From the IMG/VR virus record IMGVR_UViG_3300007102_000044, positions 1 through 40,253 of that record: a DNA stretch of 40,253 bases, one strand, 5' to 3'. Below, piece after piece: positions 15,732 through 25,900 of the stretch. Every line of letters starts with the position of its first letter. The first letter of the stretch is position 1. The notes below the pieces were generated by a model. The model saw only the letters and a program-made list of their open reading frames with translations, made no database searches and had not been told where the DNA came from. The position numbers and the translations under genes were made by a program. This DNA is from a virus.

Positions 15732-16697
15732 TTAAAGAGGTACATCATCCTCTTCTTCATCATCGTCATCAAATAGACTATCAAGCTCATCAAGGTCTTC
15801 CAGAAGGTCATCATCTTCTGTATTTGGTTCTTCACCAAGAAGTTCTTTTTCAAGCTCTTCTTCAGATTTCTTTGGAGTCGTTTTTTTCTTTTTTGGTTTT
15901 GGTTCTTCCTCATCGACATCATCAATGATTTCATCTCTTTCAAGAACATCATTTTTACCAACAAGTTTCTTATAGATTTTATCCACATCTTCAAGTGATG
16001 GATATTTACTCTCATCAAGGAACTCATTCAGGTCATACATTTGATTGTGGATAGCTTCACATTCATCATCTGATTCAGCAAGAACATCTTTACCATCAAC
16101 GATAAGGAATTCTGATTCACTATAGTTTGGTACTAAATCACCTGTTCTATCAGATTTAACTTCAGTAGCATTCCAGTTAAAGTTATATGAACCATCATCA
16201 TACCAATCAAACACTTAAATTGATTTCTTATCAGAATCATATTTATGTGGATTCATAGCTTTATCAATAGTCTTATAAATACATTTTTTAAATTTAAAAA
16301 GCTTTACCTTGCCATTATTTTCTGGATTTCCTTTATCATCAATAACATAAACGTTTGTAATCCATTCAGCGTTTCTAGTGAATTTTTTGAATGTATCGTT
16401 ATCATTATCCCATCCATACTTACCAGCTTGACAGAATGAACACCATTCACCATCTTTTACAGTTGTCGGACAATTAGTAAAAACTGTACTACCTTTATAT
16501 TTTACATAGTGGCTATACTTCATGATAAATGGTTTACCATCTTTACCACCCAGAAGTTTAAATGTAATAGACTTATATTTACCATCTACTTTTACAAGAT
16601 TGATGAATCTTTCATCCCTTGTTGATTTTGGTTTGTCTGCTTTCTCAACTGTTTCATTAACTTTTTCCATTTTTTTCTTATAATCTTTCCAACTCAT
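15732..16697 (-). CDS. 32: Single-stranded DNA-binding protein gp32, interrupted by one in-frame TAA at 16215-16217
   Basis: DERF, H..C..C..C zinc site, NVYVIDD...PENNGKV.LFKF, NYSESEF, acidic tail; the two track ORFs are in the same frame and abut. Confidence 0.9.
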
Positions 16698-16700
16698 AAA

Positions 16701-17390
16701 TTAAATTTCTCCTTTTGTCATAAAATTTTTGTTATTTCTCTGTTTTTCTTTGTTCAATATGTCTTTAAGTTTAAGTTTCCAATCAATACCCCCAATATAC
16801 CTTTTTAATATCATCCAATACTTTTTAAAGAACACTTTATAATAATCATATTTGCTTTGTTCAATAAAATTTAAAGAATCATAGTTCAACTTGTTAAAAA
16901 AGTCAAGACATTGATTCAATAAAATTATACTGTTTTTACTGATAAACTCAGTCCGTCTAATGTGATATAATGTGTCTGGTGAATAGAAATATTTTTTGAT
17001 AGTAATTTTCTTCTTTTCACAATATTCTAACACTTTATATACATCCGCTTCAAAAACTTTTTCAGCACGTTTAATACATGATACATTATCTTTAAAGGTT
17101 TTGTATTTATCCTGTATAATATCTCTGACAAAAAAATCAGGGGTTTGAATCCAGTATGAAGCAAATAAAAGTATCATATTGTTTCTGTTTGTATTATCCA
17201 TGTTTATTTTCTGAAATATGTGACCGTTTAAATCAATTTCTTCACGATTCCATTTATTAACAAGCCCCCTCCTGTTAGGTAACGTTTTACAACGAGTCAC
17301 ATCAAAATCATTATCAGCAAAATGAACATGTTTCATCGTATGAAAATACTGGTAAGCTTCAAACCCCGATATCAAAATAAACTCTCCCAA
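16701..17390 (-). CDS. 59: Helicase loader (gp59-like)
   Basis: GFEAY..F..MK..HF....FD N-terminus; T4-like synteny directly upstream of gene 32. Confidence 0.7.
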   Translation of the reverse strand: MGEFILISGFEAYQYFHTMKHVHFADNDFDVTRCKTLPNRRGLVNKWNREEIDLNGHIFQKINMDNTNRNNMILLFASYWIQTPDFFVRDIIQDKYKTFKDNVSCIKRAEKVFEADVYKVLEYCEKKKITIKKYFYSPDTLYHIRRTEFISKNSIILLNQCLDFFNKLNYDSLNFIEQSKYDYYKVFFKKYWMILKRYIGGIDWKLKLKDILNKEKQRNNKNFMTKGEI

Positions 17391-17396
17391 ATAAAC

Positions 17397-17615
17397 TTAA
17401 ATCATTTCATTCATATCATACATACTTGTGTCTTGACAATAACCATTTGCAATTAGATGTTCTTTGAATGATTTATCATTTTTGAGAAATGATATAAAAT
17501 CTTCAAAGTCTTCAAAATCTTCTTGATACTCATTATAAACATCTACCGCTGATGTGACAAGACCATCATTATGTATTTTAGCATATTCAAATATCTTTTG
17601 TATATATTTGTTCAT
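17397..17615 (-). CDS. Possible late transcription co-activator gp33-like
   Basis: Size and 33-59-32 synteny only. Confidence 0.4.
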   Translation of the reverse strand: MNKYIQKIFEYAKIHNDGLVTSAVDVYNEYQEDFEDFEDFISFLKNDKSFKEHLIANGYCQDTSMYDMNEMI

Positions 17616-17618
17616 ATT

Positions 17619-18089
17619 CTACTCATTTGTAGAACCAAGCATCCCTTCACCTCTTGCTGTTTTTTCACTATAAAGTTCTTCAATTGGAACTTCATTAAAT
17701 TCGACTTCAGGCACTTCAATAAGCAAACCTTGAATAATCTTTTCACCAGCTTTAATTTCGGTTGGGTATGTGGTTTCATTAATAAGGTTAAGAATTACTT
17801 CACCTTGAAATGGTTCATCAATTACACAAGCACCCACTGTAAGACCCTTTTTAACGGCTACACTACCACGATTAAAGAAAACAAGGGCATAACCTTTGGG
17901 AACTTGTACTTTGATTCCTAGAGGAATTACAACAGTCTCATTAGGGTTAACTACTATATCTTTGAAATCATTTGGAACATAGAAATCAATCCCCGCATCC
18001 TCTTTATGTTTTTTAAATGGTGGTTCAACATCTTTAATTCTGCTGAACCTAAATTCTAATTTCTTTGAACAATTGCACATATTAGACAA
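17619..18089 (-). CDS. dut: dUTPase (trimeric)
   Basis: DAGIDF, NRGS, VID..FQGE, GEKIIQ, RGEGMLGST. Confidence 0.93.
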   Translation of the reverse strand: MSNMCNCSKKLEFRFSRIKDVEPPFKKHKEDAGIDFYVPNDFKDIVVNPNETVVIPLGIKVQVPKGYALVFFNRGSVAVKKGLTVGACVIDEPFQGEVILNLINETTYPTEIKAGEKIIQGLLIEVPEVEFNEVPIEELYSEKTARGEGMLGSTNE

Positions 18090-18097
18090 ACACCTCC

Positions 18098-18193
18098 TTA
18101 GTTTAATTTGTATCCTATATAAAAAGCTATATAACCATAAATAATCATCCCTGAAAACATCATAACAATTCTAAACAGTCTATCATCTTTCAT
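18098..18193 (-). CDS. Small membrane peptide (31 aa)
   Basis: MKDDRLFRIVMMFSGMIIYGYIAFYIGYKLN* with AGAGGT RBS; not in the ORF track. Confidence 0.55.
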   Translation of the reverse strand: MKDDRLFRIVMMFSGMIIYGYIAFYIGYKLN

Positions 18194-18209
18194 ATAAATA
18201 CCTCTTTTA

Positions 18210-18426
18210 TTAATTAATATCATTGGATTCTATACGATATCCATGACATATCACACACTCTTCATAACCTTTATTGGACTTGATACTTATAGACATATGT
18301 TCCCCTGATATACCATGTGTATCAGAACAACTATCCATACCAAAATCTATACACGCATTATATCTATCCAACAACATTTTTAATTCCTTTTTGAAATTAT
18401 CCATTTTCATGGAACTACTACTCATA
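18210..18426 (-). CDS. Hypothetical protein (start revised to MSSSS)
   Basis: AGAGGT RBS before the internal Met. Confidence 0.6.
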
Positions 18427-18467
18427 TAAATACCTCTTTTTGTTAGTATATGGTAATAATATATCAT

Positions 18468-18725
18468 TTAATTGGTTATGTCAAGAGTAAAAACATCACC
18501 ATTTTCATAAATTTTAATATCTTCATATTTTGATGTAATCTTTCTATATAGTTCAAGTTTACAACATTCTAACACACCTGTAACTTCATTCATAATTCTA
18601 TAACTAACCCCACCTGATTGTTTGATGTAATCCTGAATCATCATGGTAATAGCATAGTTCAGCTCACCAGCTGTAACAGGTTTAGTTTTAGCTCGTTCTC
18701 TATCATCTTGATTTATATATGGCAT
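18468..18725 (-). CDS. Conserved phage helical protein (DUF6899-like)
   Basis: MPYI, GELNY.IT, LEC.KLE.YR, YED.KI.ENGDV. Confidence 0.65.
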   Translation of the reverse strand: MPYINQDDRERAKTKPVTAGELNYAITMMIQDYIKQSGGVSYRIMNEVTGVLECCKLELYRKITSKYEDIKIYENGDVFTLDITN

Positions 18726-18726
18726 A

Positions 18727-19032
18727 TCAACCTTCCTTATTAAGAATTTCTACAAGGTTTTCATATGTTAAACAGTCTTTATCACCTTCTTCTCTATATC
18801 TGTATAGAAGATTTCTAAGCTCTACCTCAACAGGACAATCAATTAGAACGGATTCAACGTCACTCTCATCAAAGTTGATATCATCTATAACATGTTTACC
18901 ATCTATATTTGAATGTACTGTCATACTACCTGACATGCCTCTTTCTGGTTCAAGTTCAACATAATCAACTTTTTGATAATCTTTAAAATTTGGATAATCC
19001 TTTCTTTTATAATATGATACCTGTACAAACAT
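18727..19032 (-). CDS. Hypothetical protein
   Basis: Operon packing. Confidence 0.6.
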   Translation of the reverse strand: MFVQVSYYKRKDYPNFKDYQKVDYVELEPERGMSGSMTVHSNIDGKHVIDDINFDESDVESVLIDCPVEVELRNLLYRYREEGDKDCLTYENLVEILNKEG

Positions 19033-19340
19033 TATTTCACCTCTTTACTTATTTTTCTATACCATTCCAGTTCTTCTTCAACATCATATAAATGATTAAA
19101 TATCTTTTCAAAAAATTCAACTGATGTTTGGTCTGTAACATTTTTGAGATGTTTTTCAAACTCTCTCGACCGTTCACATATCCAGCATGTACATTTATGT
19201 GTTGGTGTCTCTGGAACATTTATGTAACCCATACCGTTACAAACAGGACAATCGGTATATCCATTTATTTCTGGAATGTGTGTATATCCCCTACCATTAC
19301 ATTTATTACATTCAATCTTTTTCATCAATCCCCCTATCAT
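19032..19340 (-). CDS. DnaJ-type zinc finger protein
   Basis: CNKCNGRG and CPVCNGMG motifs. Confidence 0.7.
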   Translation of the reverse strand: MIGGLMKKIECNKCNGRGYTHIPEINGYTDCPVCNGMGYINVPETPTHKCTCWICERSREFEKHLKNVTDQTSVEFFEKIFNHLYDVEEELEWYRKISKEVK

Positions 19341-20016
19341 TAAAATATTTTATTACATCATACATAATTTCAGATGAAAACATTTCTTCACCTGAACAAT
19401 CATACCAATGTTTATTAAGACCTTCGAAATCTCTATAATAATTTTTATCATCCAATATAACAAATTTATTAACATATTTCTGGTTTTCAGCTAACCAAAC
19501 TGATATAAGATGTCCTCTTGGTTCTCCTGAAATCTTACGACCTGTTTTGTCAATTACTTCTATATCATATTGGTCAAAAAAGTCTGTAAATGTATTCAAG
19601 TTGAATTGATGTCTCCAATTTGAAACTATAACAATTTTTACATTTTCACACTCATGATTGACCAGTTGTAGTCTTAGCATTTTTGCATCATCTATAGTAT
19701 TGAAATAATCATACTTATCATTAATATCAATATCTGTTATTTCTATATCAGTAAATGTGATAACACCATCAAAATCCAGAAATATAATATTGAATGGTTT
19801 TGGTTCTTGGATATGGTCTTTATATTTGTCATAAGCTTCATCAAGTATATAATCTTTTAAAAACGTGCGACATGATTCAACAGCTTCTTCTTGTGAATCG
19901 CCTGAACCAACACAGAAACATTTTCCAAGTTCTGTGACATATGCTTCCCATCCACCACCCCAATCATCTTGAAGTTTTGTACTCCTTATAAAGAAATCAT
20001 CAGCATTTGGTTTCAT
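19312..20016 (-). CDS. HicB-like N-terminal domain fused to HAD-family phosphatase (Swiss-army-knife RNA-repair type)
   Basis: WEAYVTEL..C...GDSQEEAV; FLDFDGV, IVIVSNWR, FVILDD. Confidence 0.7.
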   Translation of the reverse strand: MKPNADDFFIRSTKLQDDWGGGWEAYVTELGKCFCVGSGDSQEEAVESCRTFLKDYILDEAYDKYKDHIQEPKPFNIIFLDFDGVITFTDIEITDIDINDKYDYFNTIDDAKMLRLQLVNHECENVKIVIVSNWRHQFNLNTFTDFFDQYDIEVIDKTGRKISGEPRGHLISVWLAENQKYVNKFVILDDKNYYRDFEGLNKHWYDCSGEEMFSSEIMYDVIKYFNDRGIDEKD

Positions 20017-20381
20017 TATTCCCCCTTTGTATTAATTATTACATATCCAATTACACCAAACGTAAAAAACAAAATGATAAATGCTCCGATAAGAGTACCA
20101 ACCCCAAACGCATCATCCACCAACCTTTTACTGATTTTATGATTTGGATATTTTTGTTTTATATACTGAACACATTCTTTTTTACTTGCTCTAAAATCAC
20201 ATTCACCTCTGAATGCATAATATATCTTGTCATCTCTTGTGAGTTTTCGGGGTGAACCACTCCCACCAGAATCAGAGGAATTGTTTATACTGTTGAAAAG
20301 CATCATACCACTGAATGCTGATGAATTTGCAAATACATTTACTGATATTAAAATTAATATCACAAATATCATAGGTTTCAT
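20016..20381 (-). CDS. Membrane protein with signal peptide
   Basis: N-terminal signal sequence and C-terminal hydrophobic helix. Confidence 0.65.
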   Translation of the reverse strand: MKPMIFVILILISVNVFANSSAFSGMMLFNSINNSSDSGGSGSPRKLTRDDKIYYAFRGECDFRASKKECVQYIKQKYPNHKISKRLVDDAFGVGTLIGAFIILFFTFGVIGYVIINTKGE

Positions 20382-20435
20382 CTCTCTTCACCTCTAAATA
20401 TTTTACGAAGTATAAATTTTTCAAGCTTTGTTATA

Positions 20436-20687
20436 CTATATTTCATAATTTGACCTCATTTGTTTTCTACAAAAATTATGTTCATAATATCGTCTTCTTT
20501 GGCGAATATTTTTCTTCGCTCCTCTTTTCCAAGCAACATCTATATGCGTTCCAAGTGAATGGCGATTAGCATCGGATGAAAATGTTTTGTCCATATCATA
20601 CTCAATAGCTTTATTTCCAAAAAATGCTTTATGTCTTTTACTGTATTTTTCTTTAAATCCTCTTTGATAATTTGTTTTCATAATCAA
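20436..20687 (-). CDS. Small basic protein
   Basis: K/R-rich ORF. Confidence 0.55.
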   Translation of the reverse strand: MIMKTNYQRGFKEKYSKRHKAFFGNKAIEYDMDKTFSSDANRHSLGTHIDVAWKRGAKKNIRQRRRYYEHNFCRKQMRSNYEI

Positions 20688-21578
20688 TCCCCCTGAAATA
20701 TATCTTCATTAAATGTAGCCATATATCCTTCATAATAGAATAATCTGTCATAGTAGTTTATTGGTTCATCCAAATACTTTTTATACACTTGCATAAACAG
20801 ATATGATGGAACGCCCTTAAACTCAATTTTACCATTATCATATTCTTTTACAAAGAATGGTCTATTTTCTACACATTGTAGCGTAAATTTTTCAATTGTA
20901 AATGGATATTTACAAAATTTATCTATTTCTATATCATCAAAATTCATACCATCAACATATTCAAAAACAAATTCATCTGGTGGTGATGCTTTTATATCTG
21001 TTATATCAAATTTTTCATTGAACAATTCTATATATTCAGATATAACATACTTCTGAATCTTCTGTTGTCTTTTTGGCATGAGGTTTCCAAAGATAACCTG
21101 TCTAAGATATTTTGACTTTTTGAAATAGTCATAATCCGTGACTTGACCAATCATATCTTCATATGTATCAGCATTCATAACAAGTTCAGGATGATAACCT
21201 TTCATCACATTAAAATTTGCTTTTTTCAGGTCAACTGAAACAAATGTTTTCTATGTTATTCATGTTATAAACATCAGTATTAGGATATAAACGTTTTGTA
21301 ATATATTCACCAAGTGAATCAGAACCAAGCTGTTTATATGCATCTGATTCAGATATAGTATTGATGATAACATCTTTCACACGATTATATTCTTTGAAAA
21401 ATGCATCTTCAGAACCTAACTTATTTAAAACTTGTTGTAATAGCAAATATGATTTATTTGTACCATATAAAGAATCGAGCATACTGATATAGTATTCAAA
21501 GTATTCTTCTTTTAAAACCTGTATAGGCAAATTATAATCTTTTACAAATCTTTTTCTAATAGCATTACTCATATTCAT
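20684..21578 (-). pseudogene. Single ~298-aa gene split by a frameshift near 21250 (possible palm-fold polymerase-like protein)
   Basis: The downstream ORF frame extends upstream as KTFVSVDLKKANFNVMKGYHPEL and overlaps the end of 21231-21578. Confidence 0.65.
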
Positions 21579-21951
21579 TGTTTACATACTCCTTATAACA
21601 TTCATCTAAATCTATTGTTTCATGGTTTTTAATCATCCAACCCTTACTAAAATAATATCTTCCACATTCTCTGACCAGATGGTATGATTTAACCTTTCCA
21701 AAGTGGTATAATGAATATATTACACCATGATTAATTTGTCTCAATACAACAACTTTATCACTACTATAGTCATTATCAAAATATTGTGGAAAGTTGTAAC
21801 TCTCATAAACATATTTAAACTTACCATATTTGATTCTACTTATCAATTCATCCAAATATTCAACAAACAATGCAAATGGGTATGTAAAGAATACTATAAC
21901 CATGATAATCATTTTGATTATTTTTAAAATTGTTTTTAATATCATACTCAT
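21565..21951 (-). CDS. Hypothetical membrane-anchored protein
   Basis: N-terminal hydrophobic segment. Confidence 0.6.
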   Translation of the reverse strand: MSMILKTILKIIKMIIMVIVFFTYPFALFVEYLDELISRIKYGKFKYVYESYNFPQYFDNDYSSDKVVVLRQINHGVIYSLYHFGKVKSYHLVRECGRYYFSKGWMIKNHETIDLDECYKEYVNNEYE

Positions 21952-22574
21952 GATTTCACAGCCTTTGGAGCTACTTTTCTAAACTTGCTCATTCTTTTAT
22001 TTACCTCACTTTTTAGTTCTCGTTCCCAATACTCCCAACCTAAATCCATATCATCAACTCTATAATCAAATAAATCTGTTCTAAATCTATAATTAATAAT
22101 TTTTCCTTGTGTTGCAATTTGTATACCGAAGTCAATCATTCTGAACACATGCCAAATTGATTTGAATCCAATATAAGTGTCTTCATATGGAATAGTCATT
22201 TTCTTTTTAGCCTTAACCCATGAATTAGATATTTCAGCCATAAAAGACTGTCTAAGCTTACTTTTATCTAGTTCAAAGGGGAATGCCTCTTTAAATGTGT
22301 TTCGTTCGTCAAACAGTATTTCTAGGGCTTCTACCTCATGGTTATTAATCTTTTCCTGAAACATTTGTTTAGGCATAATTTTAATATCATAATCCAGACA
22401 GTGTAGAAATGTGAATTCAAATTCATCTGATACTATAATGAACATATCAACATCAGATTGTGGTAATTCCATATCATATGACCATGAACCATAAATACCA
22501 TAACCGATTATATCATTTTGGGTAATGTCTAACTGTTCTTCAATTATTTCAAATATTGTTTTCATCATTTCCAT
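21948..22574 (-). CDS. Pol-beta superfamily nucleotidyltransferase
   Basis: IYGSWSY......SDVDMFIIV (GS..DxD); start probably at MEMMK. Confidence 0.8.
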   Translation of the reverse strand: MEMMKTIFEIIEEQLDITQNDIIGYGIYGSWSYDMELPQSDVDMFIIVSDEFEFTFLHCLDYDIKIMPKQMFQEKINNHEVEALEILFDERNTFKEAFPFELDKSKLRQSFMAEISNSWVKAKKKMTIPYEDTYIGFKSIWHVFRMIDFGIQIATQGKIINYRFRTDLFDYRVDDMDLGWEYWERELKSEVNKRMSKFRKVAPKAVKS

Positions 22575-23036
22575 CACAACTAACCTTTTTAAGTATTGTA
22601 TGTGTTTTACATGATTCACATTGTTTATCATTTTTAAAATGTTTCCAACAAGAAAAACACAATTCTTTTAGTTCTTCAATCATTTCAGGTACAAATGAAA
22701 TAGCAATTGCATCATAAATGTTATCACTCTTAACATTTGCAATATCTATATTATTTGTTACAACATAATGACCGCATTTATCCGAAACCTTAAACCATTT
22801 TCCTTCAGTAATAAACATCTCTTTCATTTCCAAACACCCCCAATAATCATTTTTTGTTTATATTGATTGATAGGACATATTCCTTCAGGTTTTGCTTTGC
22901 TATACCGTATAATCAATTCACCTCTCACTATACAACCATTATACTTTTGAAATGGTCTATGGTGTAGGCATGTCACACATGTATTTTTGTTTACATCTTT
23001 TACATAATCATTTTCATAGAACATAATTATATACAC
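22549..23036 (-). other. Two small hypothetical Cys-containing ORFs (22549-22833, 22824-23036)
   Basis: Overlapping operon arrangement. Confidence 0.55.
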
Positions 23037-23494
23037 CCCATCCTCATTTTTTCAATCATGCCGTTATAAAAAAGTTCCCAATCTTCATAACACATTTTAA
23101 CAGAACCATATCTGTACCAATCTGGTTTAGCTTTGATACGTTCCAGAATCCTTTCAACGTTTACTTCCATATCAGTAATTGTTGGTTCATAGCTATTATA
23201 GTGCGACTGTTCAAATCCGTCAATCTCAATTTCATCAGATTTAAAATCGAATCCTCTTCTTGCACACTCATAAAGAAGTTGGTCAAATCTAGTAATGATA
23301 AAATCAAGTTTATCATAGAAGAAATATCCATGTCCTGTATTAAGCGTATACTTTTTAGGTATCTTAGACCAGTTAAGCCCGTTCTTGCTGTTTAAGGTAC
23401 GTTTAAGGGCTTTAGGTAGCATTTTTATTTCCCTTGCTTCAGCAATAAGGTGTTGATTAGCCAGATAATCAACTGGTATAACATTAATCCTCAT
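23027..23494 (-). CDS. denV: Pyrimidine dimer DNA glycosylase / endonuclease V
   Basis: MRIN....L.NQHLIAEAREI, IP..YTL.TGH..FFYDKL, RGF, KPDWYRY. Confidence 0.93.
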   Translation of the reverse strand: MRINVIPVDYLANQHLIAEAREIKMLPKALKRTLNSKNGLNWSKIPKKYTLNTGHGYFFYDKLDFIITRFDQLLYECARRGFDFKSDEIEIDGFEQSHYNSYEPTITDMEVNVERILERIKAKPDWYRYGSVKMCYEDWELFYNGMIEKMRMGCI

Positions 23495-24556
23495 TTATAA
23501 CCTCTATATCAAATTTTTCATCATCATATTCTGCAATCCATCTACCATCAAGAAGACCGTTTTGAGGGTTTGCATTGATTGATTGTACATAGAAGAATCT
23601 ACCATGTCCAGTAGAATTGAACATAATATCAGAATCCGTTGAAAACTCTTTGATTATATATTCATTTCCATATGTTTTTATACGTTGTTTAGCTTGTTGT
23701 GTTTTTGGAATAAGTTTGACCTTATCACGAAGTTTCATAATTTTACCTCTTAAGAATATATCTATTTTATATCTGTTACTTCTATACCATTTTTGAAAAA
23801 TGTAATAAACGTTCCATCAATATTTGTATCAGACATTTGAATTAAGTCTGCTGTATTATCATAGTTACACATTTTAATAAATGTTATAGCACCAGCAATA
23901 TTTTTAAAATGCTTTTCAAATTTACCATTGCAACAAATATGATTGTTTGCATCTGTTATCACGACTTTGTAGTATATCATTATTTTACCTCTTTTACCAT
24001 TTAAGAATCATTATTCTTACCCCATCAGGAGTAAGGCATTCCATATGTTTTATCAGATTTGAAATCTTTTTCTTTGTCATGTTATCAAGAACTTTATGAA
24101 TACCTGATTCATCAGATATAGCAACTTGAAAAATGTTGTTAAATACTCTTGAACCGTTACTGTTGATAACACTGATATCAAACCCATTATCAAAGACCAT
24201 ACTAGCTTGCACATCAAAACATTCTGGGAATGCTTGTTTGAGTCTATGTTCTTTGAATACCAAATCTTTAAATGTTCTAACTTTTATCATAATATTACCT
24301 CTTTGATTTTTCTTTATCCAAATAACACGACTTTGCTTATAATGATATAATAAACACTATCATTATCTTTTACTTCATATTTCATTTTCCAGAAAGATAT
24401 ATCGTCACTACCGTTGAATTCGATAATTTCTCTTTCATCTTCTTTAAAATTCGATTCTACTATTTGTATAGCTTTACATTCGTCAACTGCATATTGAGCA
24501 AAGATTTCATTCCCTTTATCATCGTAACAAAAAATTTTACAGATTATTGAATTCAT
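23484..24556 (-). other. Four small early ORFs, each with the conserved AGAGGT..ATG leader (23484-23738, 23762-23980, 23994-24290, 24314-24556)
   Basis: ORF track plus repeated RBS. Confidence 0.65.
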
Positions 24557-24622
24557 AATATTACCTCTTATGTTTAATTAACCTTACATAATGAATATAT
24601 CACCACCTGAATTATATGTCAA
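24554..24622 (-). promoter_or_regulatory. Early promoter/RBS cassette
   Basis: TTGACA-17-TATATT; leader similar to the 5441 and 10483 cassettes. Confidence 0.8.
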
Positions 24623-24631
24623 CAACAAATT

Positions 24632-24847
24632 TTAAAATTCATTCACTTTATTTATATAAGCATGTCTAACGTATTTAACCTTTCCACACTTTTGACATTG
24701 CTCAGTCTCCATGTAACTATATAATTTATAATCACCTGAAGTATTATAATAACAAAGTGCTTGCGTATCATCATTCGTATATAGATATTCACGTTTGACA
24801 GTTTTATAAATGTGTCTACAGAATAATTCTTTTAGAAATTGTTTCAT
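24632..24847 (-). CDS. Small zinc-binding phage protein
   Basis: LFCRH...CQKCGK. Confidence 0.6.
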   Translation of the reverse strand: MKQFLKELFCRHIYKTVKREYLYTNDDTQALCYYNTSGDYKLYSYMETEQCQKCGKVKYVRHAYINKVNEF

Positions 24848-25437
24848 TATTCATCACCCTCAAATGGAATATATATAACACCTTCAGCTTGTTCATCTTT
24901 ACTATCACAGTTTACAACTTTATAACCATCCTCAAATCTTGCTATGGCTGTTTTGAACCCATTTGAAACGCCTGTGACATTATAAATATTTGCATTCTCT
25001 TTGTATATGAATTTCATACCTGCCATTTCTGAGAACCCAATTAGAGACAGCATATATGTTAAATCACCATCAAATATTTCTGTCATATATTTGTTAATGT
25101 CAATAATACCTCTTTTATAGGCTTCTGCATATATATGAATATTGTTATACCCATCTTTAATAATATTTTCAATATGTTCACCGCTTAATTCAAATATAAA
25201 CTGTGTATAGTATTTTCCATCTTTATCAATTGATGTCCATGATGGTTTGTTTACATACACGGATAGTTCTTCAAATGCGTCTGGTGTTCCTTGTCTCCTA
25301 ATATAAGATTTTCCACCATCCACTGCTACTTCACCACAGTGACAAAATTTGAAATCATGTTGATGAAATGATTCAATAATATCACCACATTTTTTACACC
25401 TTATAACGTTTCTATAGATATATTCTTTTACATGCAT
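24847..25437 (-). CDS. Protein with conserved N-terminal Zn domain
   Basis: NVIRCKKCGDIIES...HDFKFC.CG.VAVDGG, a motif common in phage proteins. Confidence 0.65.
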   Translation of the reverse strand: MHVKEYIYRNVIRCKKCGDIIESFHQHDFKFCHCGEVAVDGGKSYIRRQGTPDAFEELSVYVNKPSWTSIDKDGKYYTQFIFELSGEHIENIIKDGYNNIHIYAEAYKRGIIDINKYMTEIFDGDLTYMLSLIGFSEMAGMKFIYKENANIYNVTGVSNGFKTAIARFEDGYKVVNCDSKDEQAEGVIYIPFEGDE

Positions 25438-25450
25438 TTTTAACTCTCCT

Positions 25451-25876
25451 TTACATTATATTTAAATTGAATTTTTCTTCAAAATATTCTTTTATTAAAT
25501 TGTATATCATGGGTGATTTCTCTTTCAACTTTGCTAAACCTGTTCCAATTCCATCAATAGGGAATACAAGATTTCTACCCATATTATATAGTTTATTTAA
25601 TTTTACAAGCTCTTCCTCAACTGCAATACACTCATATGGTTTATCTGAAAAGAATGAACTTTCAGTCATTGCTGGTTTAACTTTTGTAGGAATTCCAAAG
25701 GTGTTTTTACAATCCCTGATAATAGCTTGACCACCTCTACCAGTTTTTTGAAGATTATCACCGAATACAAATATTTTATCGGGATGATTTCTACACAATT
25801 CAACAGAATATCTATCTGTTACAAAAATTCTTCCAATGTGTTCATTCATACTATTTGGTTTTGGCTGTAATATCAT
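25451..25876 (-). CDS. Macro-like phage protein
   Basis: IFVFGDN....G.GGQA, GIPTK, FP.DGIGTGLA. Confidence 0.6.
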   Translation of the reverse strand: MILQPKPNSMNEHIGRIFVTDRYSVELCRNHPDKIFVFGDNLQKTGRGGQAIIRDCKNTFGIPTKVKPAMTESSFFSDKPYECIAVEEELVKLNKLYNMGRNLVFPIDGIGTGLAKLKEKSPMIYNLIKEYFEEKFNLNIM

Positions 25877-25900
25877 TTTAATATAACCTCTTATATAATT

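Noticed and set aside
15710-16027. 105-aa ORF overlapping the gp32 C-terminus
   Set aside because: Alternate-frame shadow of the acidic, low-complexity tail.
16215-16217. Genome-wide stop codon reassignment
   Set aside because: TAA terminates most conserved genes here (terL, 18, 19, 15, 16) at the expected positions.
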